This document shows positions 9,033-17,128 of a stretch of DNA of 64,000 nt, one piece after another. The notes below the pieces were generated by a model, which did no database searches, was not told where the DNA came from, and saw nothing but the letters and a program-made list of their open reading frames with translations. Both the position numbers and the translations under genes were made by a program. Where the stretch lies: NCBI GenBank assembly GCA_965248055.1, contig CBDFIJ010000004.1, positions 2,976,001 through 3,040,000 on the forward strand, in the 5' to 3' direction. The DNA comes from Candidatus Multivoradales bacterium. Lineage in GTDB: Bacteria; Acidobacteriota; Thermoanaerobaculia; Multivoradales; JAHEKO01. Within the stretch, counting starts at the first letter, position 1; each line of letters begins with the position of its first letter.

Positions 9033-10771
9033 GGAGCAGGATTATCAGAAATCCCCGCGGCTTCCCGCTGCTGTTGTCGCAGACGATTTGCGGCCTCGGT
9101 CCACGGAGCGTGGGTCAAGATGTCATCGATTCCGGCAACCGCACTCGCTGCGTTGCCGATTCGCTGGTAGAGGAGGACCTCGGCGAGGCGGCTTTGGGCA
9201 AGCACCTCTAAGCGATCCCTGACGAGACTGATCATGGTGCCGGTGGGAGCGCACTTGAGGTAGGCCGCTCCAGTCTCCAGGTCGTGGAATGACTTCGCTT
9301 TAGCGGCCAGGGTTTCTCTGGCAAGATCGGCTGCGGCCGAGTCGGCTTGTTGGGTGCGTAGTAGTTCCAGCGCACACAAGTCATCGACGGCCTTGACCAA
9401 TACCGCAAGCGCACGTCTGGCGCCAGCGGCTTGCTCGGACTCCGGCTCGGCTTCGATCACCAACAGGTACTGGGCAACCGCCTCGGGTTGACGCTCCAAA
9501 CGAGCATAGCGGTCAGCCAGTTGCAGTCGTGCCGCGGCTCGGTCGTCGAAATCCGGAAAGTTAGCCAGCAGTGCTTCCAGGGTTTCTGTCTGCATCACAC
9601 CAGCTTGGTAGATGTCGAAGAAGTCCTGACGCGCTTCGGCGCTTGATCCTTCAATCTCTTTGACTTCTTGTCTCAGAGTCTCGGGCAGGGTGCTCTCTGG
9701 GTCGTCCTGCAACACTTCCTGAGCGGCGTTCTGGTAGGTGGTGACCAACGCCGTGTAGTTGCGCGATAACGGGTCCTGTTCCATCAGAGCTTCTCTTTTG
9801 GAGTGCAAGCGGGCCAAGAGAATTCCGTCGACCGCCACTCCTTTGGGCCACGCGTTGACCGCAGAATCCTCAAGGAATTTCCTCAGTTCTGGAGTTTCAA
9901 TTTGGTCCACCGCCCCCAGCAATTGGCGTTGGGTTTCCCGGCGCAGTTCGCTGGGGTCTTGGCTGGGCTGAGCCTTGAGCTGGTTGGCTCTGGCCTCGGC
10001 GTTGCGCACCCGCAGATCGTTAAACGGGTGAGTGCGCCAGTAGCCGTAGGTTTGATCTTGGGGGATTGCCGCACCCAATTTGGCCATCATCAGTCTTGCC
10101 CCAGCCGGGTCAAATCCGGCTCCGGCTGCCCAGCGTTGTCCCTCTAGGTCCGATTCATCCTCGAAGCCGCGGCTGTAGTCGCGAACCAGGAGTTCGGTGA
10201 CTGCAGCTCCAGCCATCGCGGTCCCTTGAATCAGGTCGCCTGAGTTGTTGCCACCGTAGATCTCTCCCGGATGACGTTGCTCTGAATCGTTTCGCCCCGC
10301 CGTGGCAGCCACTCCGACCAGTGCCGCCATCGACAGTCCGCTCAAGAGTGCTGCTCTGCGCTGCATTCGAGTACCGTGCTTGAGAGCTACGTGGGCAATT
10401 TCGTGCCCCAGCAGTGCCGCCAACTCATCGTCGGTCAGGTCTAACGCCAGCATCCCGCGGGTAATGAAAATTTGCCCTCCGGGCAGGGCGAAGGCGTTGG
10501 GTTCTGGCATGTCAATCAGGTGAAAGGTCAGCGGATATTCTTGGTATTTCGAAGCCGTTGCAACCAAATAGCCGATGTCTTGAACCCGGCGGTTGGTCTG
10601 GGGATCGTCGATCCGACCAAAACGCTCGAGCGAATGGCTGGCAGCGGCCAGACTCTTCTTAAAGGTCTCGTCGATCTCAGCCGCTGCCGGGCTGGCAGCA
10701 AGCAAGTTGAAAGTGAGCAATAAGGCAAAGACTTGAGATGTAGCTCTGCTCTTATGGGGCAATCCGATCAT
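9029..10771 (-). CDS. M48 family zinc metalloprotease with C-terminal TPR-like region
   Basis: PNAFALPGGQIFITRGML, LGHEIAHV, YSRGFEDESD, THP. Start at ATG 10771 more plausible than 10852, which overlaps the divergent gene's promoter. Confidence 0.88.
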   Translation of the reverse strand: MIGLPHKSRATSQVFALLLTFNLLAASPAAAEIDETFKKSLAAASHSLERFGRIDDPQTNRRVQDIGYLVATASKYQEYPLTFHLIDMPEPNAFALPGGQIFITRGMLALDLTDDELAALLGHEIAHVALKHGTRMQRRAALLSGLSMAALVGVAATAGRNDSEQRHPGEIYGGNNSGDLIQGTAMAGAAVTELLVRDYSRGFEDESDLEGQRWAAGAGFDPAGARLMMAKLGAAIPQDQTYGYWRTHPFNDLRVRNAEARANQLKAQPSQDPSELRRETQRQLLGAVDQIETPELRKFLEDSAVNAWPKGVAVDGILLARLHSKREALMEQDPLSRNYTALVTTYQNAAQEVLQDDPESTLPETLRQEVKEIEGSSAEARQDFFDIYQAGVMQTETLEALLANFPDFDDRAAARLQLADRYARLERQPEAVAQYLLVIEAEPESEQAAGARRALAVLVKAVDDLCALELLRTQQADSAAADLARETLAAKAKSFHDLETGAAYLKCAPTGTMISLVRDRLEVLAQSRLAEVLLYQRIGNAASAVAGIDDILTHAPWTEAANRLRQQQREAAGISDNPAP

Positions 10772-10852
10772 TCGATCTGAACGTAGCAAGATCGAGGCCC
10801 GGCCACGCTGGGGGGACTGATTGTGGTCCCGAGCGCGTGGTATGTTTTCCAA

Positions 10853-11188
10853 GTGAGTGATTGGCGAATCGAGGTGCCGACTGAATTCCAGTCGATGGCG
10901 GAAGCGCGGTCAGCGCTGGAGCAGGCGTTTATCGTTTCTGAAGTAGCGATCGAGCACAGCTGGGTCGGCGAAGAACTGCACTTGCGGGGTCCTGGCGCGC
11001 ATGGCCAAGTTTCCTGGCAAGCCGGCGCCTTGATCGGCAGGGCGACTTTACGGCCTCCAGCAAGTTTCTTCGCCGCTGTGATTCAGAACGAATTTGAGAA
11101 GGTGCTAAGGCGGGCAGCGGAAGTTAACGCCGAGCTGTCTGACTCGAATACCACCAAGGCAAATATCGACAGTCCCGAACCAGCCTAA
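10853..11188 (+). CDS. Small protein resembling the putative polyhydroxyalkanoate-system (PHA_gran_rgn-like) family
   Basis: About 111 aa, W.G..L...G.GA.G.V pattern; GTG start preceded by TATGTT-N6; directly upstream of the thiolase. Confidence 0.45.
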   Translation: MSDWRIEVPTEFQSMAEARSALEQAFIVSEVAIEHSWVGEELHLRGPGAHGQVSWQAGALIGRATLRPPASFFAAVIQNEFEKVLRRAAEVNAELSDSNTTKANIDSPEPA

Positions 11189-11199
11189 GGAAACCGACA

Positions 11200-12630
11200 A
11201 TGACTCCAACCTCAGCAGCCTTTGCCCTTCCCAGCCCGAATACCGCCGGGGCTCAAGAAGAGGTTCAGCGACGCGCGGACAGTGTTTGGACCCATGGTCG
11301 GGCCAAATCGAGACCGGTTGCCGGGCAGACTCAGGAACTCAAGGGGCCACACGGGCGGGTTGCCGTGGTGGCTGGCTGTCGAACGCCATTCGTCAAGGCG
11401 CAGACTTCGTTTCAGGATATGGATGTGGTCGATCTCTCAGGTCTAGTCGCGGCGGAGTTGGTGGCGCGGGTGGGGGTCGACCCGGAGCAGATCGATTTAT
11501 CGATTTTTGGCACCGTGGTGCCCGCCTTGCACGCACCGAATCTGGGTCGGGAAGTAGTCTTTCGTGCCGGATTGCCCGGAACCATTCCTGGCAATGCGGT
11601 CAATTTGGCCTGTGCGTCCTCCAATCGCGCGATCGCCCAGGGTGCAGAGTCGATCTTGACCGGAATGACAGACGTGGTTCTTGCCGGTGGTGCGGAATCT
11701 CTGTCAACCGTACCGATTCAATTCCGCCGCTCAGCAGCTAAGAAACTGATGCGTCTCAACAAGGCGCGAACGCTGGGGCAAAAACTGGGTGTTGTTTCAG
11801 ACTTGCGCCCAGCTGACCTGACTCCGGTTCCTCCGGCGATCGCCGAATACACCACCGGTCTGTCGATGGGCCAGTCGTGCGAGAAGATGGCACGGGAAAA
11901 CGACATCTCACGCCGCGCTCAGGATGAGATCGCCTTGTTATCGCATCAACGCGCGAGTGTGGCGATTAAGGAGGGGCGTTTTGATCCCTATGTAGTACCG
12001 GTGTTCCCCCAACCGAAGTACGCACAGGCGGTGAGTCACGACTCCGGTGTTCGCAGCGACTCGTCGATGGAGGCCCTCGGGGGCCTGCGCCCGGTTTTTG
12101 ACAAGCGCTACGGGTCCTTGACCGCTGGCAATTCGAGTCCGATTACCGATGGCGCGGCGGCGGTGATGTTGATGTCTGAAGACCGAGCCAAGGAACTGGA
12201 GATCGAACCCCTGGGATACATTCGTTCCTATGCTTGGGCGGCGCTCGATCCAACTACCCAGTTACTGCAAGGTCCAGCTTACGCAGCTCCGGTGGCCCTG
12301 GATCGCGCCGGATTGACGCTCGAAGACTTGGACCTGATTGAAATGCACGAAGCGTTTGCGGCGCAGATATTGTCGAACATGAAGGCCTTTGCCTCGCCCA
12401 AATTCGCTCGTGACGAACTGGGCCGCTCTGCGCCCTTGGGTCCGGTGGATTTCGATCGTTTCAATGTCAACGGTGGATCGATTTCGATTGGCCACCCATT
12501 TGGCGCCACTGGCGCCCGGGTAACCATGCAGTTGCTCTACGAACTCCAACGTCGTGATCTCAACTTGGGGCTTCTGACCGTTTGTGCTGCCGGAGGAGTT
12601 GGCTTTGCGATGGTGGTGGAACGGGGCTAA
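11200..12630 (+). CDS. fadI: Acetyl-CoA C-acyltransferase (FadI-type thiolase)
   Basis: RTPFVKA, NLACASS (catalytic Cys), TAGNSSPITDGA, EMHEAFAAQ, GHPFGATG, CAAGG. Confidence 0.9.
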   Translation: MTPTSAAFALPSPNTAGAQEEVQRRADSVWTHGRAKSRPVAGQTQELKGPHGRVAVVAGCRTPFVKAQTSFQDMDVVDLSGLVAAELVARVGVDPEQIDLSIFGTVVPALHAPNLGREVVFRAGLPGTIPGNAVNLACASSNRAIAQGAESILTGMTDVVLAGGAESLSTVPIQFRRSAAKKLMRLNKARTLGQKLGVVSDLRPADLTPVPPAIAEYTTGLSMGQSCEKMARENDISRRAQDEIALLSHQRASVAIKEGRFDPYVVPVFPQPKYAQAVSHDSGVRSDSSMEALGGLRPVFDKRYGSLTAGNSSPITDGAAAVMLMSEDRAKELEIEPLGYIRSYAWAALDPTTQLLQGPAYAAPVALDRAGLTLEDLDLIEMHEAFAAQILSNMKAFASPKFARDELGRSAPLGPVDFDRFNVNGGSISIGHPFGATGARVTMQLLYELQRRDLNLGLLTVCAAGGVGFAMVVERG

Positions 12631-12642
12631 CGACCGCTGTCT

Positions 12643-13560
12643 GTGAAATTGTTTCTCCGTCGTTCCACAGTCCTTAGCAGTACCTTGCTACTGCTGGTCG
12701 GAACTGGATGTTCCCTGCAGAAGCTGGCCAGCGGTGCTCTATCGTCCAGTTTGGCGCAAGGAGCGGCGGTCTTTGCCGCCGACGAAGATCCTGAGTTCGT
12801 TCGGGACGCCTTGCCGTTCGCCCTCAAGACCTACGAAATGTTGCTGCAGGTCACTCCCGATGACCCCGAGCTATTGTTAGCCACTTGTTCCGGGTTTACC
12901 CAGTACGCCAAAGCATTCCTTGAAGAGGACGCGTTCTACGCTGCCGCAAAAGACTACGCCCAAGGAGAGAGGCTCAAGGGCCGGGCGCTGCGGATGTACC
13001 TGCGCGCACGTGGCTACTGCCTGCGAGCCTTAGAGATCCAAACACAGGTCGACCTTAAGGCTTTGACCTCGGACTCGGTCGCTGCTCTGGCAGCCGTTTC
13101 GGCGGATACCGTGCCGACCCTCTATTGGACCGGCGCCGCCTGGGGGTCAGCGATCGGCGTTGGCTTAGACCGCCCCGAATTGGTGGTCGACTTGCCGGTG
13201 GTGCGCGAGATTTTTAGACGCTGTAGCGAGTTGGACCCCGGCTACGATCGAGCGGGAATCGAAGAGGCGCTGATGGCGTTGGAGTCGGTGCCTGAGATTC
13301 TCGGCGGCTCTGTGGAGCGGGCCAAAGTGCATTTTGACAACGTGATTTCCGCGAGTAACGGGACCACCTTGTCGCCCTACGTCGCCTGGGCGGTGTCGGT
13401 GTCGATCCCGAATCAAGATCGCACCGAGTTTACCCAGATGCTGACCTCGGCATTGGCGATCGACGTCCGGCAAAACGCCGCCAGTCGCCTGTCCAACGAA
13501 TTGATGCGCCGACGGGCTCAGTACCTCTTGGACCACCAGGAGGAATACTTCATTGAGTGA
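12643..13560 (+). CDS. TRAP transporter TatT component (TPR lipoprotein of TPAT systems)
   Basis: Lipobox LVGTGC; DPEFVRDALPFALKTYE, CSGFTQYA, YLRARGY; upstream of DctP and DctQM. Confidence 0.8.
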   Translation: MKLFLRRSTVLSSTLLLLVGTGCSLQKLASGALSSSLAQGAAVFAADEDPEFVRDALPFALKTYEMLLQVTPDDPELLLATCSGFTQYAKAFLEEDAFYAAAKDYAQGERLKGRALRMYLRARGYCLRALEIQTQVDLKALTSDSVAALAAVSADTVPTLYWTGAAWGSAIGVGLDRPELVVDLPVVREIFRRCSELDPGYDRAGIEEALMALESVPEILGGSVERAKVHFDNVISASNGTTLSPYVAWAVSVSIPNQDRTEFTQMLTSALAIDVRQNAASRLSNELMRRRAQYLLDHQEEYFIE

Positions 13561-13605
13561 GCCGCGTTAACCTTAGGTAGAGTCTTGGGAGGGCGAGGTC
13601 TGATG

Positions 13606-14622
13606 ATGCATCGAATCAAGGTATACCGACGGACAACGGCTGCTCTGGCAGGGTTGTTATTTGCAGCGGTTGGGTCGCTGTCGGCGCAAACCATCAAACT
13701 GGCGACCTTGGCCCCTGATGGCTCCGCCTGGGATCAGGCGTTGAGCGAAATGGGGTCGGAGTGGAAGAGCTCCAGCGGTGGCACGGTGAACTTGCGGATC
13801 TATCCCGGCGGGGTTGCCGGGGACGAATCCGACATCGTGCGCAAGATGCGGATTGGACAGCTCCATGCTGCCGGCCTGTCAGTCGCCGGGCTAGCTGAGA
13901 TCGATGATTCGTTTGAGGCTTTTGGGATTCCTCTCTTTTTTGAGGACTATCAGGAGCTGGTCGCTGTCTTGGACGCCACAGAGGCCTATTTTGCCGCTCG
14001 GTTGGAGGAGCAGGGATTCGTATTCCTCAACTGGACACCGGGTGGTTGGGCGCGACTGTTTTCCTCCAAGAAGGCGAGTAGCTTGGAGGAGATAAAGCGG
14101 CTGAAGCTGTTCGTGGTCGCCGGAGATGACGCTCGGGTGCAGTGGTGGAAATCGAATGGCTTTCGCCCGGTTCCTTTGGCCATGACGGACATTGCCACTG
14201 GACTGCAGACTGGCATGATCGACGCCTTAGCGTCGACTCCGTTGATCGCCCTTAGTTTTCAGTGGTTTCGTCAGACTCCGTTTATGCACGAGATGAAGCT
14301 GGCACCGGTGGTCGGTGCCACGGTGATCTCGAAACTCATGTGGCAGCGGATTCCTGAAGCACAGCGTCGGCAGTTGCTCGACGCCGCTGAAGTTATGGAA
14401 CAGCAGATCTTCGTCGCGGTGCAGGACCAGGACGAACGCGCGGTGGTGGCGATGTCCGAGAGAGGGCTCACGGTGGTTTCCGCTGACGATGAAGGCGCTT
14501 TGGCACAACAAGCCCTGACCTTTGCCGAGTCGATGACAGGATCGATCGTCCCTGAAGCTCCTTTGCAAGTGCTGACCGAGGCGCGGGATGCCTACCGCGC
14601 ACAACTCGGAGACGGGTCCTGA
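13606..14622 (+). CDS. dctP: TRAP transporter substrate-binding protein DctP (TatP)
   Basis: IKLATLAPDGSAW, IYPGGVAGDE...VRKMRIGQL, LQTGMIDA. Confidence 0.9.
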   Translation: MHRIKVYRRTTAALAGLLFAAVGSLSAQTIKLATLAPDGSAWDQALSEMGSEWKSSSGGTVNLRIYPGGVAGDESDIVRKMRIGQLHAAGLSVAGLAEIDDSFEAFGIPLFFEDYQELVAVLDATEAYFAARLEEQGFVFLNWTPGGWARLFSSKKASSLEEIKRLKLFVVAGDDARVQWWKSNGFRPVPLAMTDIATGLQTGMIDALASTPLIALSFQWFRQTPFMHEMKLAPVVGATVISKLMWQRIPEAQRRQLLDAAEVMEQQIFVAVQDQDERAVVAMSERGLTVVSADDEGALAQQALTFAESMTGSIVPEAPLQVLTEARDAYRAQLGDGS

Positions 14623-16424
14623 CCGCAGCTACACCGCTTAGCTGGCTTCATCGCATTGAAGGACACTTTGCGTCTGCCTGCTTGGCGGCGATGGTGGCGT
14701 TGCCTCTGTTGGAGGCGTCGCTTCGATATCTATTTGAGACCGGAATTCCCGGCGCACTACCGTTCGTCCAGCACTTGAGCTTGTGGGTGGGTTTCTTGGG
14801 AGCGGCGATCGCAGCGCGCAAAGGTCGCTTGCTGCGTTTGGCCACCGGTGAGCTGATCGAGAACCGATTCGGCGGGCGGGCGCGACCTTGGCTGGAGTCA
14901 ATTACTGGGGTGATTGGAGCGGCAGTTTCGGCGCTGCTGGCGCAGGCCAGTTGGGTGATGGTGCAAATCGATCGCGACGCGGGGGGGGAGATCGCTGCCG
15001 GGGTCCCGGTTTGGGTTGGCGAATTGGTGTTGCCGATCGCCTTCGGCCTGATCGCCGTGCGCCTAGCGTGGCGCACCGGCACCATTCCGGGGCGTATTCT
15101 GGGGTTGGTTGCGGTGGTGGGTGGTTTGGCCATAGGACTGCACCCAGAATGGGCTGAAGGAGTGCCGACCTCGCCCGGGCTTTTGATCTTGGTTCTGGCA
15201 GGTCTTTTGGGCGCGCCGATCTTCGTCGTATTGGGTGGCGTTGCCTTGCTCTATTTCCTGGCCGACTTCGTGCCCCCTGCGGCGGTCCCCGCAGAGCTCT
15301 ACCGAATGGCTAGGTCCCCGACCTTGCCGGCGATTCCTTTATTTACTTTGGCGGGATTTCTGCTCTCTGAAGGGAACGCTTCGCAGCGATTGTTGGCGGT
15401 TTTTCGCGCTGCGGTGGGTTGGCTTCCGGGCGGTACCGCTATGGTTTGCGCCCTGCTTTGTGCTTTTTTCACCGCCTTTACCGGCGGCTCGGGGATCACC
15501 ATCTTGGCGTTGGGGGGCCTGTTGTTTGTCGCCCTGAAAGAGGACGGATACCGGGAACAATTTTCGTTAGGACTGCTGACCTCTTCGGGATCTTTGGGGC
15601 TGCTATTTCCACCCGCGCTGCCGGTGATTTTGTACGCGGTGGTTGCTCAAATACCAATTTTTGATCTGTTCCGTGGTGGCCTGATTCCCGGCGTGCTCTT
15701 GGTCGCTATGGTCGCGGGCTGGGGAATCTGGGAAGGAGTTCGACGGAAAATTCCTCGCTCGAAGTTTGGCTGGAAGCCGTTGGCGCAAGCGATCTGGAAA
15801 GCCAAGTGGGAAATGGCGATGCCGGTGGTGGTCGGGGTGGCGATCTTTGGTGGGTTTACCACCACCATTCAAGCTTCGGCGCTCGCCGCCGCCTACGCAT
15901 TGGTCACCCAAGTCTGGGTGCATCGAGACATCAAGACCTTCCAGCGGCTAGTGGAAGTTTTCGAGGAGTGTTTAGTCTTGGTCGGCGGAGTGATCATTAT
16001 TCTTGGGGTTGCTCTGGGCCTGACCAACTACCTAGTTGACGCGCAAGTGCCGGCCAGGCTGCTGGAGTGGGTCTCGACCAATATTGACTCACCGCTGGTT
16101 TTCTTGATCTATCTCAATGTATTTCTGCTCGTCGTCGGGTGTTTGATGGACATCTTTTCCGCCACCGTGGTGGTAGTGCCGTTGATCTTGCCGCTGGGCG
16201 TCGCCTTCGGTATCGATCCGATTCACTTGGGGATCATTTTTATCGCTAATCTCGAATTGGGCTATCTGACGCCGCCGGTGGGGCTCAACCTGTTTCTCGC
16301 GTCATATCGATTCGATCGCCCCTTGCTACAGATATGGCGCTCGGCGTTGGTGCCGCTGGTCTTGCTGGCGATCGGCGTGTTGCTGATTACCTACGTTCCA
16401 TTCCTTACCACCTGGGGTCGTTAG
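14619..16424 (+). CDS. TRAP transporter fused small/large permease DctQM
   Basis: Highly hydrophobic; AIPLFTLAG, FTAFTGGSG.TILALGGLL, GSLGLLFPP, ELGYLTPPVGLNLF. The frame stays open back to CTG 14619 (track start 14682). Confidence 0.88.
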   Translation: MTAATPLSWLHRIEGHFASACLAAMVALPLLEASLRYLFETGIPGALPFVQHLSLWVGFLGAAIAARKGRLLRLATGELIENRFGGRARPWLESITGVIGAAVSALLAQASWVMVQIDRDAGGEIAAGVPVWVGELVLPIAFGLIAVRLAWRTGTIPGRILGLVAVVGGLAIGLHPEWAEGVPTSPGLLILVLAGLLGAPIFVVLGGVALLYFLADFVPPAAVPAELYRMARSPTLPAIPLFTLAGFLLSEGNASQRLLAVFRAAVGWLPGGTAMVCALLCAFFTAFTGGSGITILALGGLLFVALKEDGYREQFSLGLLTSSGSLGLLFPPALPVILYAVVAQIPIFDLFRGGLIPGVLLVAMVAGWGIWEGVRRKIPRSKFGWKPLAQAIWKAKWEMAMPVVVGVAIFGGFTTTIQASALAAAYALVTQVWVHRDIKTFQRLVEVFEECLVLVGGVIIILGVALGLTNYLVDAQVPARLLEWVSTNIDSPLVFLIYLNVFLLVVGCLMDIFSATVVVVPLILPLGVAFGIDPIHLGIIFIANLELGYLTPPVGLNLFLASYRFDRPLLQIWRSALVPLVLLAIGVLLITYVPFLTTWGR

Positions 16425-16490
16425 TTTGGTGGGGGCCCGCTCATCGGTCGTCCCGGCGGGATATGGTGGGTGGGGGGCCGGGATTTAGCC

Positions 16491-16560
16491 GCAGTGCCAT
16501 CGAAGCAGTGGCATCGAAGCAGCGCCATAGAAGCAATGGCATAGAAGCAGCGCCGTAAAA
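16491..16560. repeat. Five degenerate tandem 14-bp repeats (GCAGTGCCATCGAA-like)
   Basis: gcagtgccatcgaa/gcagtggcatcgaa/gcagcgccatagaa/gcaatggcatagaa/gcagcgccgtaaaa. Confidence 0.85.
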
Positions 16561-16583
16561 GAGAGTGGTTTCTTAGAAAAGTA

Positions 16584-16619
16584 GATTCCCGCCCCACCTC
16601 CCGCCTCCGCGGGAATGAC
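16584..16619. repeat. REP-like palindrome (GATTCCCGC...GCGGGAATGAC)
   Basis: ATTCCCGC/GCGGGAAT inverted repeat, resembling the widespread GATTCCCGCCTNCGCGGGAATGAC REP-type element. Confidence 0.55.
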
Positions 16620-16783
16620 GGGAAAAAATATTCGTGCGAATGCACAACGAAAAGAGTAATTGCTGGAGTGGCAGAAATCGCTATGGAGTTATGGGAACGA
16701 CAGATGCGGGAACGAGCCAGGGAGAGCACCAAAGATAGGAAGCGACGTGACCGCGATGCGATAACGGAAAGATGAGCCAGAGG

Positions 16784-17128
16784 TTACCCTCCGCGCTCAA
16801 GGGTCCTGGATTCCCAGCGCTCGGCCTTCAAGCCATGAACCAGTTTGGCGACCACCGCCTCACTATCAAATGGAGCGCAGTGGAATAGGTCGGCGGCAAA
16901 CGCCCCCCGCTCGGGCCAAGTGTGGATCGCCAAGTGGGACTCGGCCAGCGTCGCGACCACGGTGACCCCTTGGGGTGAGAAATGATGCACGCTGAGTTCT
17001 AGAAGATGCCCGCCACAGGCCTCAATCGCAGCCAAGACGGTAGCCTCGACTTGAGCAACATCGTCGAGCACCGAAAACGGCGAACAATCGCCCTCGACCA
17101 ACAGATGAACGCCTAAGTGATCCTTCAT
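16784..17128 (-). CDS. speD: Pyruvoyl-dependent S-adenosylmethionine decarboxylase proenzyme (SpeD class 1b family)
   Basis: G.HLL.E, HHFSPQGVT, LAESHLAIHTWPE (E|S autocleavage site), DLFHC. ATG 17128 overlaps the TGA of the upstream gene (ATGA). Confidence 0.85.
   Translation of the reverse strand: MKDHLGVHLLVEGDCSPFSVLDDVAQVEATVLAAIEACGGHLLELSVHHFSPQGVTVVATLAESHLAIHTWPERGAFAADLFHCAPFDSEAVVAKLVHGLKAERWESRTLERGG

Noticed and set aside
16491-16560. Possible CRISPR array
   Set aside because: The units are 14 bp, directly abutting with no unique spacers, and there are no cas genes.
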